Shown: positions 10,684 to 22,113, counted from the first letter of the stretch. The stretch: 64,000 nt of DNA from Longimicrobiales bacterium (GCA_965219445.1 CBDCNQ010000005.1:544001-608000), one strand, 5' to 3'. Program-made: numbers and translations. Notes: a model not told the origin generated them from the letters alone.

Positions 10684-12118
10684 TGAGGTGGTCCCACTTC
10701 GTTGGACAGTCCGAGGGCGATCTTAAGGTGGATTCCGATGGTCTCCAAAGCCCTTCGGGGTTCCGCTTGAGGCTGGGTGTTCTCCTTCGAGCCCGGTTTG
10801 AATATAACCTTCGCCTTCCCGTCGGGACTGGTTCCCGATGGGAAGACGGAGGGAAGGGCCGCGCGTAGATCCCGCGACGATCGCAGGCGTCGTTGCGCCG
10901 GTTGGGTGGCGTCGCGCCGGATCGTCCTCACCACACCTCCGCGCCTTCGCGATAGGCCTCGCCCGGCGTCCGTCCGCCCAGCGACGAGTGCGGGCGCGCT
11001 TCGTTGTAGAAGTCGATCCACGAGCCGATGATGCGTTGGGCGTCGGGCCCGTCCCGGAGCTCGTAGAGGTACACCGCCTCGTACTTCAGCGACCGCCACA
11101 GCCGCTCGATGAAGATGTTGTCGAGGAAGCGGCCCCGGCCGTCCATCGAGAAGCGCACGCCCGCACCCAGCACCCGGTCGGCGAACGCCTCGCTGGTGAA
11201 CTGGGAGCCCTGATCCGTATTGAGGATCTCCGGAGCCCTCCAGCCCAGCGCGTCGTCCAGCGCCTGGACGCAGAACGACGCGTCCATCGTGTTCGACAGC
11301 CGCCAGGCGAGCACGTGCCGGGTCGCCCAGTCCATCACAGCCACCAGGTAGAAAAACCCTTGCGTCACCGGGACATAGGTGATGTCCGCGCACCACACGT
11401 GGTCCGCCCGCGAGATCGTGAGGCCCCGCAGCAGATAGGGGAAGACCCGGTGCTCCGGACTCGCCACGCTCGTGCGCGGCCGCCGGTAGGTCGCCTCCAT
11501 CCCCATCAGGCGCATGAGCCGCCGGATCCGGTGCCGGCCCGCGGCAACGCCCTCGCGGCGCAGATGCCGCATCAGCTGCCGGCTCCCGTAGAACGGATAC
11601 GCCGTGTGGAGCCCGTCCATGCGCCGCATGAGCGCCAGGTCCTCGGCGCTCTCCCCCTTCGGCCGGTAGTACTGCGACGACCGGCTCACGCCCAGCAGCG
11701 CGCACTGCCTCGAAAGACTCAGCGGTCCGTCCCGCTCGATCATCCGCCCCCGCTCCGCCCGGCTCAGCGCTTGAGCCCGCGCCGAAAAAAATCCCGCTCG
11801 ACCGTGAGCTCCCCGATCTTGGCGTGCAGGTCCCGGATCTTCGCCTCGTGCTCCAGGGCGGCCTTGCGGCCCGCGCCCCCGGCAAACACCTCCGGCAGCC
11901 CTTCGAGCAGCTGCCGCTTCCATGTGGTCACCTGGTTCGGATGAAGCTCGTGCCGCGCCGCGATCGCCTGCACGCTGTCCCGCTCGCGCAGCGCCTCGAG
12001 CGCTACCCGTGCCTTGAACTCCGCCGTGAACCGCCGTCTCTTCCTGGCCATCTCGGTGCCTCCTCTTCCGCTCTGGAATCCACCTTAACGACCTGTCCAA
12101 AAAACCGGGACCACCTCA
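10684..12118 (-). mobile_element. Complete IS3-family element (orfA 11764..12051, orfB ending 10928; probable -1 frameshift at a T7 run near 11785-11791)
   Basis: IRs TGAGGTGGTCCC...GGACA and TGTCC...GGGACCACCTCA; 3-bp target duplication GAT (10681-83, 12119-21); WCADITY, NTDQGSQF, IERLWRSLKYE. Confidence 0.95.
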
Positions 12119-12249
12119 GATACTGGGGTGCGGTCCAAACACAATCTCAAAGGTGAGAAGACTCACCATACGGTCAAACTTGGGGTGATGATCGGGCGGT
12201 GGGATGGATGGAAAAGACCTCTCCACTGAGAGAGCCACACTCAAGGCTT

Positions 12250-12768
12250 TTAGTCTGACCCACTGTCCGAGTGAAGATCCAGCAGTTGTGCCGAGGGACG
12301 GTCCCTGTTTGGATCTGCGACTGATACACCGAGGGCGGGTACACTTTCCGGAAGCCCGTCAGAGAGCAGACCCATGGACAACATGGTAACTTGACGTGGG
12401 TTCACCCAATAAACCATCGCTGTCTGCTCCGACCTGTCAGGACCCGCACGTCGCAACGGTATGACTTTGGCGGGACCGTGACGCTCCTCAAGGGCAGCAC
12501 GAATGGTGCGGAAGTGGTAAGAAATGACTTCGTCTGCGGGCCGTTCAGGCAGGAGGTTAACGTAGAGAATAACTGCCACCAAGCGAGCCCAATTAGCACC
12601 ACGATAGAGAAAGACACAGAGTCCCACGGTCAGGACGAAGCGCACGCCTTGCTGCGGAGAAAGCTCCCTCCCTAAGACCGTGTTGGACCAGACAATGAGA
12701 GACCCTGATATGGTCAGCGTGGCCACAATGATCGCCAAGACAATCCGACGCCCACTCACGACTTGCAC
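12250..12768 (-). CDS. Hypothetical membrane protein, possibly a chimeric remnant
   Basis: Hydrophobic N-terminus; no recognised motif. Confidence 0.35.
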   Translation of the reverse strand: MQVVSGRRIVLAIIVATLTISGSLIVWSNTVLGRELSPQQGVRFVLTVGLCVFLYRGANWARLVAVILYVNLLPERPADEVISYHFRTIRAALEERHGPAKVIPLRRAGPDRSEQTAMVYWVNPRQVTMLSMGLLSDGLPESVPALGVSVADPNRDRPSAQLLDLHSDSGSD

Positions 12769-13263
12769 ATCCTCACTGACCTGTCACCTCAACCTCTTAC
12801 GCGATGGCTTGCATATATCCTAAGGGGGGCTCAGTCCGTTTGCGGGCGTCTCCCACCTCCTGAACGACCTCCAAGTATCAAGGCAGCTCGAAACAATCGC
12901 CGTCAGAGTTCAATATGTCCTGCGTGACCTCATCAGCTATCGCTACCTTACGGTCGAGGTCGGCTATCCAAGCTGCTTCCCCGTCACCTCCGATGAGATT
13001 GTCCCAAATGGGTTCGGACAAAACAATCTGAGGCACTTAGAACCCTCTTGAAGACGCTCTTTACTGTGAGGGGGGAAGACCTAGGTGGCAAGGGATTCGA
13101 CGCAAGGAGGGAATTGTTCGGTCCACTTCACCATCCGGCCTTGGGTGGGTAAGTTTGCTGTTGAAGGAAGGTGCCGAAGCACCAAAACTGACACGAAGTC
13201 GGCAACTCGGAGAGCTGAAATTGTCTCATATAAGTTCCCATACATCGTTATAAACTAATAGGA

Positions 13264-13293
13264 TTGACGACACGTAAACGATTGCACTACAAC
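13264..13293 (+). promoter_or_regulatory. Sigma70-like promoter upstream of the tRNA remnant
   Basis: TTGACG-N18-TACAAC, 5 nt before the tRNA 5' end. Confidence 0.5.
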
Positions 13294-13298
13294 ACTTT

Positions 13299-13339
13299 GT
13301 CACCGTAGCTCAGTTGGATAGAGCGACTGCCTCCGAAGC
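13299..13339 (+). pseudogene. 5' half of tRNA-Arg(CCG), truncated after the anticodon loop
   Basis: GTCACCGTAGCTCAGTTGGATAGAGCGACTGCCTCCGAAGC (D-arm, CT-CCG-AA loop) then IS3 orfB sequence. Confidence 0.8.
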
Positions 13340-13724
13340 GTTCGAGTTCATGAGAGCCAACCAGGCCGAGTTCGACGTGACGAAGATGTGCCGAGTGCTG
13401 GGTGTCTCGCCCAGCGGCTATTACGCATGGAAGCATCGTCCTCCGTCGAGTCGAGCGCTCGCAAACGAGCAGTTACTCGACCGGATCCGTGAGATCCACG
13501 CGTTTAGCCGAAAGACCTACGGCCAGCCTCGGATGTACGCCGAGCTTCGAGACGACGGCTGGGCGGTGAACCACAAGCGCGTGCGGCGCCTGATGCGACT
13601 CGACGGCCTACAGGGCGCCACACGTCGCAAGAAGTGGCGCACGACAAAGCGAAACCGGGACGCCCGGCCCGCACCGGATCTCGTCGAGCGCGACTTCCGC
13701 GTCGACAGCCCCGATCAACTCTGA
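13336..13724 (+). mobile_element. IS3-family orfB N-terminal fragment
   Basis: MCRVLGVSPSGYYAW...TYGQPRMYAELR...NHKRVRRLMR...APDLVERDF. Confidence 0.85.
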
Positions 13725-13734
13725 GTGGCCGAAA

Positions 13735-15549
13735 TCACCGCCAGAGGTCCCCTTTGGGAGCCGCCATGTCGATGTGTGGAGTGCCATTGCCGGTCTCTTT
13801 CAACGGAGTCCAAAGACCCTGGGAGATCTCGCTCCGCAATAGCTCCCGTGCATTTTTCGCGTGATACTCGTAGGTGTCCAAGGATTTTTTCGCTGTTGCG
13901 CCGCCGAACGCTGTCTCTGGATGAAAGGAAAAGGCCCGTTCCGCTTCTTTCAAGACTCGATTAATCCGTCGATCGTAAAGGAGTGATCCTGAGACTCCAA
14001 GTGAGGCTGCAACCATGAAATTGATCGTGCTCGGCTTCCGACTCGACACGTGAGCTTCCCATTCCGAGACGATGTCCGTCGCCTCCTCGCTACTCATTCC
14101 CTTGTGCTTCCATCCATGAATTCTTCCGTCCCGGTCCCGACGAAACTCAAGGTTGTAGACTTCGGCCTCGTTCAGGATCGGAATTGTCTCATCTCGCACC
14201 TGAAACACCTGGATATTGCACGAGTCTATCTTCGCCTCCAAGACGAACGATAGTGTTTCTTCGGCCGTCTCGCGTGTTTCACCTGGGAAGCCCACAAAGA
14301 AATTTCCGGACGCATAGATGCCAGCTTCGTGCACATTTTGCACCGCAACAAACATTTTCTCCCGTGTGCTGCACTTGGCCATCGCGTCGAGCACGATGGT
14401 TGAACCTGACTCCAATCCTATCGACATCCGCCGGCAACCAGCCTCGTAGAGCATGTGAACCAGTTCTGCATTTTGAAGCTGGGCTGGATGGGCGAAGCAG
14501 GACCAAAGAACAGTGGACTTCTCCTTAATTAGCAATTTCGCAAATTTGCGCATTCGAGAAATGGGGCTCAGCATTGTCGAGTCTAGACACGCGATATTTT
14601 GAACTCCTTGCTCCTGATAATATTGAAATTCTCTGAGCAGTTGTTCGGCGCTCTTGTACCGCCACTTCTCCGATTGATTGGGGTAGCTGCAGAACTTGCA
14701 AGAAAATGGGCAACCTCTTTGTGACTCGTAGAAAATCAGATCGGGCCACTGTCTCGCACCAACGAGATTCCAACGTGGTGTGGGTGCGTCCTTGAGATTG
14801 AAGTTGGGGTCGGTCTGATTGGATACCGGTAAGCCTTGCGAGTTGCGCCACATAAGATTGGGGACGTCATCCACGTCGCGCCCCTGGTCGAGGCAGCGGA
14901 GGAGAGCCGGCAGTGCGACCTCCGCATCGGCCCGGATGGCGAAGTCAGCTCCACTCCTTGAGAACCACCCGGGATTTAGAGTTATCCCTGCCCCGCCGAG
15001 AACGACCGGAGAGTTCGGCAATTCAGCTCTAACGGCTTCGACTATCTCGGTGACCCGCTGCGTATTATATAGAAAGGTTGTTGTGATCCCGACGGCTGTC
15101 ACATCAGACGACTTGACCCCTTTTTCGGTCAATATTTCCTTCACGCGCGGGATGTCATTTCGCCCGATGCAGACCGAATTTTGACGTGCGTCCTCGAGAA
15201 TGGTGGCGATCGCAGCTGTCGTTAGCGTTTGGGCTGAAACGTTTCCCATGGGAAACAACGGAACACGTGGGTCAGACGTCAAGCGTAAGCCCTGGAGATA
15301 CTTCGCTGGAGCGTCAAGAATCGTAGTGAGAGTCACCTTGGTGCTGTGCTTCGTATCCGAGTCCACCCCGAGCCTGTCGACTGTGGCAGACCCCGCGTCG
15401 CTCAGAATTCCGAACCGCGATTGGTTGACCGCATCTCCATCGTGGAAATGATTGTCGAGGTCGGTGCATACGAAAACAAAAGTGCCATTCGACATGTCAT
15501 CTTCCTTGTCCAAGGTAAAACAGATTGAGATTTTATTATCCCGAGGCAT
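13735..15549 (-). CDS. B12-binding-domain radical SAM protein
   Basis: RGCPFSCKFC (CxxxCxxC), VGITTTF...VVLGG B12-binding-like segment, IGLESGS, FFVGFPGET. Confidence 0.88.
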   Translation of the reverse strand: MPRDNKISICFTLDKEDDMSNGTFVFVCTDLDNHFHDGDAVNQSRFGILSDAGSATVDRLGVDSDTKHSTKVTLTTILDAPAKYLQGLRLTSDPRVPLFPMGNVSAQTLTTAAIATILEDARQNSVCIGRNDIPRVKEILTEKGVKSSDVTAVGITTTFLYNTQRVTEIVEAVRAELPNSPVVLGGAGITLNPGWFSRSGADFAIRADAEVALPALLRCLDQGRDVDDVPNLMWRNSQGLPVSNQTDPNFNLKDAPTPRWNLVGARQWPDLIFYESQRGCPFSCKFCSYPNQSEKWRYKSAEQLLREFQYYQEQGVQNIACLDSTMLSPISRMRKFAKLLIKEKSTVLWSCFAHPAQLQNAELVHMLYEAGCRRMSIGLESGSTIVLDAMAKCSTREKMFVAVQNVHEAGIYASGNFFVGFPGETRETAEETLSFVLEAKIDSCNIQVFQVRDETIPILNEAEVYNLEFRRDRDGRIHGWKHKGMSSEEATDIVSEWEAHVSSRKPSTINFMVAASLGVSGSLLYDRRINRVLKEAERAFSFHPETAFGGATAKKSLDTYEYHAKNARELLRSEISQGLWTPLKETGNGTPHIDMAAPKGDLWR

Positions 15550-15922
15550 TATGTCAAGGGCGCATTGTTGAGTAGCCCCGGCCAGTTACCCAGCCGGGGA
15601 TTCTGGGAATGCATGTCACGGAAAATAGGGTTTGTCACAGCATAAGCACAACGCTATCAGTCGTCGGAGGGCAGGGCAGAGGCGAGCTGACGAAGACGTT
15701 CCTTGAGAGTCGCACGAGGCAGGCGTGGCCTACTCGGGCATAGCGAACGACCGGATGCCCGGTCAAAAAAGGGGGAGAGTAAAGTGGGGCCGTCGGTCCT
15801 GTCGGTTGTCCTGTCGATTGAACCCGGCAGATCACGACATCCAGGAATTCGCGAAGGCGGCAAATCGCGCGATCCATCTAGGTTTTTCAGTCATCTTGCC
15901 GTGATCCCGACCCCGACTCAGG

Positions 15923-15968
15923 CGCCTGATAGCGTGAGGTCGGTAGTTCGAGTCTACCCAGGCCCACT
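15923..15968 (+). pseudogene. 3' half of tRNA-Ile(GAT), att-like remnant
   Basis: CGCCTGATAGCGTGAGGTCGGTAGTTCGAGTCTACCCAGGCCCA: anticodon loop one base short, T-arm and acceptor 3' strand present, no 5' half. Confidence 0.75.
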
Positions 15969-15979
15969 GAGACAAGCAG

Positions 15980-16012
15980 CCCCCCCAAGCCTTTCGGTCC
16001 TGGGGGGTTTCT
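15980..16012 (+). terminator. Hairpin, probable intrinsic terminator after the tRNA remnant
   Basis: CCCCCCA...TGGGGGG followed by TTT. Confidence 0.5.
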
Positions 16013-16489
16013 TCTGGATCAGACGAGGCGCCGAAATATATCCTTCTTCGTCAGAATGCTGCGTCCTCCAGCGGGAGCGCACCGGACTTCTCAGCGTGTT
16101 GTCGGCACGGGTCCTCTGTGGCACCGACGCGGAAACTTTATGCGGCTTCTCCGCCGCGTGACCCTACTCGGCGATCAGGGATCTGCGCGACCATCGCGGT
16201 GCGGTTTAGGGGAGTCACCACACCCGACGGCGTTGACGCGGATGGGCTGCTTTGCGAGGTTTAGACTCGCCGAAACTGCGGAGGTAAGCCTATCGATTAT
16301 GCTGCTGGAGAGACGAGCTTCTATTTCATTGATGTGTTTTTGTTTCTTACTTTTTGATTCCTACCAGTTTTCTCTTCTTATTATTCAGCCCTTCCGGGCC
16401 CCTATTTTTTTCTGATCTAATCTAGGCCGTCCGGCCATTTTACCTGGTTCAAGTTTTGATTTTCTGGCCGCCGTTTCTAGCGCGATCCC

Positions 16490-18671
16490 TTGATCGGGGT
16501 CCTTGGGAGGCGGTATCCTCAAATGAAGGCCATCGGACTCAACTGGAGGTGACTCAAATGCCTTTGTCCTGGCAGTTACACGCCTTCGGAGCCACGCTTG
16601 CGATCTGCACCCTGCTCGGACGAGCGGAACAAGGTGCGGGTCAACAGCCGGGGTCTTACGGGTGGTACGTGAGCGCGAGCGGCGGGACGAACTGGAATCC
16701 CGTGATGAAGCAGGCGGGCCATAACCGGGACAATATCTGTTACCCGAATGACCTTTGCAGCGGCACGCCCGATGGCTACCGCTGGTTTTACGACCTTCCC
16801 TCGGATCTCGGTACTGCTTTTGAAGTCGCCGTCGGTCGAAATTTCGGCGACGTGCGCGTGGAGGTGTCGGTCTCCCAGCGATCGAACAACGTCGAGCAAG
16901 AGTTCACCGACATTACCTTTCTGGATGGATCTCCGATCCTGCCTAACGAAGACAGCAACTATACGTCGGCCAACACAACCAGGGTCGATGCTCTGGGTGC
17001 GCGCACGCTGTCCCTGAACGCCTATCACGACTTCGCGTTCGCAGAAAGCCGGGTCATGCTTTACCTGGGCGCCGGACTGGGCCTGTCCTTCATCGAATTG
17101 TCCGGGCTGTATTTCAGCAGCGAATATTCCTGCATCAATCCGCCGTGCGACGGTCGTCCCGCGGCGGAGTACAACAGTCTGCAGGACGTCGATCTGTCCG
17201 ACAGCGGTCTTTCCAAGCAGCTCTTTGCCGGTGCCGACTATCGTTTGGGCGACAAGCTCCTACTCGGCCTGAAGGCGTCCTACAGCTGGGTCGACGACCT
17301 TGAGGACACGAGTCCTTACGAGGTGCATCCGCTTCCTATAATGAACGACACCGAAATCAGTCGCATCAATCCCTGGTCGATGATGCTCGGCTTCAAGTAC
17401 CTGCTCGGCGAGTGAGGGGTCGTCCCGACGGATATTGACATGCCACGCGTCGGTGCGGTCCGACCACTACGCGGCCAGCGCTTTGGGATCAACATTGCCT
17501 AGTTTTCCACGGTGAGCCTGCAGGGCTGTTCGGAGCGCAGACTTTGCTCGTGTGTTCTCGGCGAGTTCCCCATTGATTTGGCCGACGAGACCTCTAGTGG
17601 CCTCTCCTAGTCCGCGTCCCCTCAACCGACCCCAGCAGCTGCCTGCCGCCATATGTCCTTCGTGTGGCGCGCGACTCAGGACGCACCGGCAAGAGGGACG
17701 GGGGGCGAGCCCCCCGCCCGCGAACTCCGCTGGAGCGCGGGCATCCGGGGGATCGAAGGGGGGCGGAGCCACCCCTTGCCAGCCCCTGCCGGGGACGCGC
17801 GAAGCGTGGCCCCAAAGGCTAGGCTGGCTCTTGCACCGTAAGGTGCTCCGAGCCAGCCCGGCGGACGCCGCCGAAGCAGCGGGGAAGGGCTTCGGCTGTG
17901 ACCCGTCCAGATAGGCCTGCCCAAGCTATCTGCCGCAGTAACGCGGCTGCGGACTGCCGCAGACCCGGAACACGGCACTCCGGTTCGAAGATTCCCAGCA
18001 TCGTTCGTGCGCAGGCCGACGTCCGGTCGAGATCCGCACCCATTGACGGAGCCTTCGGCGAAGGCCGACGGGGCGTTTGGCAAGCCGCTGGCGGCGGTGT
18101 CCAACAGCCCCTGTACCGTACTGAACGTCTCTGAACGCCACAGGCATTTAGGAGGTTTTCTACGGGTTGACTTCCTTGCAAACGGCTCCTCACCGTTAGG
18201 GGCATGAAGACGCTGAAGCAGCAGTTCAACTCGGCGGCGAGCGGAGCCATCGTCCACCTGCGGGGACGCGAACGGGCACTCGAGGGATTTGGCTGGGCGG
18301 GCCGTCAGGCCGAGTGGATCGCCTTGGCCTGTCTCCATGGCGGCGTGTTCACTCGGGCTCAGTGGACGAGCTTTCTGGGTTGCCACCACGAAAAGGTGCG
18401 CCGCGCCGTCCGCGTCCTCGTCGCGCAGGGCGTGGCCGTCGAAGAGGATCCGCCCGGCATCGACGGCATCGGTCGAGTGTGCCGAATCCACGCGCGCCGG
18501 ATCTACCGGGCGCTCGGCGCCGGGAACCGCCGCCGCCGCCGGATCACCTCCACGGAAGTGCTGATGCGGCGCCTGCTCTCGCTCGACTATGTGCTTGATC
18601 ATTCCCGCCTGCCTTGGCTCGCGACCGAGCCGGAGAAGGTGGCCGCCTTCGAGGCGCTCGGCATCGAGCGC
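16490..18671 (+). repeat. ~2.2-kb near-identical direct repeat of 61773..63954
   Basis: Co-linear at constant offset 45283 with scattered substitutions. Confidence 0.95.
16558..17415 (+). CDS. Outer-membrane beta-barrel protein (opacity/OmpA-barrel-like), copy 1
   Basis: Signal peptide, WYVSASGG, VRVEV, LNAYHDF, YLGAGLG, terminal LGFKY; GGAGG RBS before ATG 16558. Confidence 0.75.
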   Translation: MPLSWQLHAFGATLAICTLLGRAEQGAGQQPGSYGWYVSASGGTNWNPVMKQAGHNRDNICYPNDLCSGTPDGYRWFYDLPSDLGTAFEVAVGRNFGDVRVEVSVSQRSNNVEQEFTDITFLDGSPILPNEDSNYTSANTTRVDALGARTLSLNAYHDFAFAESRVMLYLGAGLGLSFIELSGLYFSSEYSCINPPCDGRPAAEYNSLQDVDLSDSGLSKQLFAGADYRLGDKLLLGLKASYSWVDDLEDTSPYEVHPLPIMNDTEISRINPWSMMLGFKYLLGE

Positions 18672-19178
18672 CCGCTCCTGCCCCAACGGGTCTACCGGGG
18701 AGCGGCCGGGAACCTCCGGCGCTACTTCCCGCTCCGGCTGCCGGTCGCGCTGGACGCCCGGCGCGCCGTTTTCGTCTACCTCGATCCGGGCCACGAGACA
18801 GCGACGGCACTCCGCTCCTGGGGCGCGGCGCACCGCGAACTCTGGAAGGCGCTCTGGGATCGCGGCCGATCCGTCGAGGTCGTGGCCATCGTCCGGACAC
18901 CGGAGGAGGACAGCCGGGCGGAGACCGTGCTCGCCAACTGGGCGCGCGATCCCCGCCCCTCCGAATTCGACCACGGGATCGGCCGCGAGATCGACCTTAT
19001 CGACCAGGCCATCATCAAGGGGGATGTCCCGGTCCTGATGGAGTACGGAGGCTTGCAGGCCGCGATGAAGCGCAGCGTCGCGCTGACGAAGCGGGCGCGC
19101 AGGCAGGCAGGGCGGGGGCTGATGCAACGCACCGACACCTGGCGGACGGTTCGGCTTGCGGGGGCACGCTTCCGATGA
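18204..19178 (+). CDS. Conserved hypothetical mobile-element protein (family X; possibly replication/relaxation-like)
   Basis: GWAGRQAEWIALACLHGGVFTRAQ...RRLLSLDYVL...YFPLRLPVALD; many homologues in this window. Confidence 0.7.
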   Translation: MKTLKQQFNSAASGAIVHLRGRERALEGFGWAGRQAEWIALACLHGGVFTRAQWTSFLGCHHEKVRRAVRVLVAQGVAVEEDPPGIDGIGRVCRIHARRIYRALGAGNRRRRRITSTEVLMRRLLSLDYVLDHSRLPWLATEPEKVAAFEALGIERPLLPQRVYRGAAGNLRRYFPLRLPVALDARRAVFVYLDPGHETATALRSWGAAHRELWKALWDRGRSVEVVAIVRTPEEDSRAETVLANWARDPRPSEFDHGIGREIDLIDQAIIKGDVPVLMEYGGLQAAMKRSVALTKRARRQAGRGLMQRTDTWRTVRLAGARFR

Positions 19179-19351
19179 GAAGCCCACGCCTTGTGCCGTA
19201 CTGGAGCGTGCATGAGACGTTGGGGGTCGATGCACACAATGCACCCCTGAAGATGCGCAGACGCCGGATTCACCTATCCCGTGCGGGCGCTTGGAGTTGC
19301 GGTCGCTGCCACCCGGTCGCCGGTGCCGCACTGGGCAGCACGGACGTGGAG

Positions 19352-19443
19352 GGGAGCGACCCCCCCTTCGGGATGCCTGGTACGGCATCGGGGAGGGTGG
19401 ACATGTGCACGCACCTGCCACCCTCCCCGGCGGGGTCGCTCCC
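19352..19443 (+). ncRNA. Candidate structured element (three-way junction), copy 1 of 6
   Basis: GGGAGCGACCCC...GGGGTCGCTCCC closing stem with two inner hairpins; other copies at 21849, 28437, 33652, 51235, 56054. Confidence 0.5.
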
Positions 19444-19494
19444 GTCCAGATATCCCTCCGGGAAGGGTTTTCAACGCCGCTGCCAGGCGGCGGA

Positions 19495-20877
19495 TCACCC
19501 AGTTCGCCGACCGTCCAGCCGGTGTGTCGGCGCTACCGCGAAGGACCCGGGCGGGGAGCTGGGGACAGGGCCGACCGTGGGAGGCACGGCTCCAGCTACC
19601 GGGAACGGCGGGCCGTGAGTTGGTGTTCCGGGATCCCCGGCGACGTTGGTATTTCGGAAAGCCCCGGTTCCGTGAGTCGCCTCGATCTCTTCCCCGGCCC
19701 TGAGCCGGTCCAGATAGTCGGCCCAGGCCTGCATCATGTGTCTACGCTCGGGCAGGAACGCCGTGCGGTTGTAGGCCCGGCCGTTGGGGTCCCTGACCCG
19801 GTGGGCCAGCTGGTGCTCGATGAAGTCGGGCCGGAAGCCCAGCACCTCGTCCAAGATGGTGCGCGCCATCGCCCGGAAGCCATGCGGCGTCATCCGGTCC
19901 GTCGGGATGTCCAAGGCCCGGAACGCCCCCCAAAAGGTGGTGTTGCTCATCGTCCGGTCGCGTTGCCGATAGCGCGCATTCGGGAACACGTAGCGGTGGT
20001 GCCCCGTCACGGGATGCAACTCGCGAAGGATCTCGACCGCCTGACGCGCCAGTGGGACCACATGCGGCGTGTCGGTCTTGGTCGCCGTGTAGCGCCACTC
20101 GGCTCCATCGAGGTCGATGTCGGCCCATTCGGCCTTGCGCAACTCGCCGGGCCGCACGAAGAGCAGCGGCACCAGACGCAGCGCGCACCGCACCGGCAGC
20201 GTGCCCGGGTAGCCGTCCAGGAGCCGGAGAAGCGGGCCGACCTCCTTCGGGTCGGTGATCGCCGGGAAGTGCTTCCGCTTCACCGGAGGGAAGGCTCCGC
20301 GCAGGTCCCCCGACACGTCCCGCTCCGCTCGGCCCGTTGCCACCGCATAGCGCAGCACCCGCCCACAGACCTGAAGCGTGCGATGCGCCGTGTCCAGGGT
20401 GCCGCGGGCTTCGATGCGGCGCAGCGCGGCCAGCAGCTCCGGTGCCGTGAGCTCCGCGACCGGCTTCTCTCCGATCCGAGGGAAGATGTCCCTACCCAGA
20501 TCGCGCTCGAGTCGCCGAGCGTAGCTCGCGCACCAGTTCGGCGAGTGCTTGGCGAGCCATTCAGCGGCCACGGCCTCAAAGCTGTTTCTGGCCCATTGCC
20601 GCTTCGACTGCTTCTGCGCCTTCCGGTAGGCGCTCGGGTCGATGTCCCGGGCCAGCAGCTTGCGGGAATCGTCGCGCCGCTCGCGGGCGAGCTTCAGCGA
20701 GACCTCGGGATAGATGCCCATCGAGATCCGCTTCTCCTTGTCGGCGAAACGGTACTTGAAGCGCCAGGCCTTGGTGCCGCGCGGGGCGATCTCGAGGTAC
20801 AGGCCGCGGCTGTCGTAGAGCTTGCGCGGCTTGTCGCGGGGCTTGGCCTTTCGGATGGCGGTGTCGGTCAGCGGCAT
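19495..20877 (-). CDS. P4-like tyrosine integrase with arm-binding domain
   Basis: MPLTDTAIRKAKP...GLYLEI...WRFKYRF; VRPGELR; HGFRAMARTIL; EHQLAH. Confidence 0.95.
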   Translation of the reverse strand: MPLTDTAIRKAKPRDKPRKLYDSRGLYLEIAPRGTKAWRFKYRFADKEKRISMGIYPEVSLKLARERRDDSRKLLARDIDPSAYRKAQKQSKRQWARNSFEAVAAEWLAKHSPNWCASYARRLERDLGRDIFPRIGEKPVAELTAPELLAALRRIEARGTLDTAHRTLQVCGRVLRYAVATGRAERDVSGDLRGAFPPVKRKHFPAITDPKEVGPLLRLLDGYPGTLPVRCALRLVPLLFVRPGELRKAEWADIDLDGAEWRYTATKTDTPHVVPLARQAVEILRELHPVTGHHRYVFPNARYRQRDRTMSNTTFWGAFRALDIPTDRMTPHGFRAMARTILDEVLGFRPDFIEHQLAHRVRDPNGRAYNRTAFLPERRHMMQAWADYLDRLRAGEEIEATHGTGAFRNTNVAGDPGTPTHGPPFPVAGAVPPTVGPVPSSPPGSFAVAPTHRLDGRRTG

Positions 20878-21046
20878 GTCGGGGCACCGATTGAAGTTTC
20901 AGGAATCTGCCCCAAAACATGCCCCATAAATGACGTGGCTGTCAAGGGGTGGCACTGGACGTTCCGGAGTATGGTAAATCTCCCAACTCATTATATATCA
21001 ATGTTTATGTGTACACTAAGGAGCATTACTGCACGTCAATGGATGC

Positions 21047-21812
21047 GCCGGTACAGTTCGCTGATCCAGCGCACGAGATTCGTATAGGCTTGCTGCCAGA
21101 ACGGTTCTCGGCTCTTGCCGAAGAGCTGGTTGATGAGGGAGGCGACGCCGTAGGCGAGCGAGTAGGAGTCGAGCAGCGGATCGTCGAGCGGGTTCCACTG
21201 CAACGAGCCGTCGAGCCCGATCTCGAGGTAGTCGCCGCCGCGCCCGGCGTCGTCGAGGATGCGGCGCACGCTGTAGCAGAAGTCGCCCTTGACCTCGAGC
21301 ACCAGGGCACTGGCCCGGCGCCCGGCCCGGTCGGCTTGCCACGAGAGGAGCTGCTGGGCGAACGGGTACATGCAGGCGGTGGTCTTGCCGGAGCCGACGG
21401 CGCCGACGACGAGCACGCCCGTATACAGCCCCGTCTCGGGAACGACGAGCCAGGAGGGCCGCTCGCTCTCGCGCGGAACGACGGGATGGTGGAGCTCGCC
21501 GATCACGAGCGAGGGTGCGTCGTCCTCGGGCGAGGTGGGCCAGGCGGGCAGCCCGCCCCGGCCGCCGCCCCTTGCACGCGGCTGAAGCCACACCCTCCAG
21601 ACCGAGAGGCACACGCTCCCGGCGAGCACGACGGCGACGGCCGGGGCCGCGTAGTACCAGACGCGGATCACCGTGTGGAAGCCCGGATCATGGTAGGCGA
21701 TGAGGTCGAGCACGGGATTGCCGCCGCTGGCGGGAAAGGGCGCCCACAAGGCGTGGGCGATCGCGGCCGCCGAAGCGAGGCCCATGAGGACGAGCGTCGC
21801 CGGCCTCAGCAT
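21047..21812 (-). pseudogene. VirD4-like coupling protein, N-terminal fragment
   Basis: GAVGSGKT, LEVKGDF, WNPLDD; matches the 5' part of 49155..51200 and ends at a 24-bp att-like site. Confidence 0.85.
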
Positions 21813-22113
21813 CGCTGTGACAACCTTCCCGTAGGGATGGATGGACCAGGGAGCGACCCGCCGAGGGCGGGGGCAGGGCGTGTGAGAACACGACCGGCCC
21901 CACGCCCGCACCAGGGCGTCTCTGAGGGGGGTCGCTCCCTTCCCGGTCGGTGCTGCCCCGTTCGGGGCAGCCGGCCGCGCCGCGCCGTGCGCAACTGCAA
22001 GCAGGCACAAGGGATAGCAAGCCATGACCGTGTGAATCGCGACCGGGGCCATGTGTGCATCGACCCCTGACGTGTCTTGCACATCGTAGTCCTGGCGTGG
22101 CGCGTCGGCTTCC

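Noticed and set aside
13080..13115. tmRNA 5' end (GGATTCGAC)
   Set aside because: Only the short motif matches; no acceptor stem or 3' end found.
15635..15877. RiPP precursor for the radical SAM enzyme
   Set aside because: Short ORFs lack an RBS and leader/core features; probably spurious.
17822..17860. Integron attC sites (repeated hairpins)
   Set aside because: No RYYYAAC/GTTRRRY boxes, no cassette array and no IntI-type integrase.
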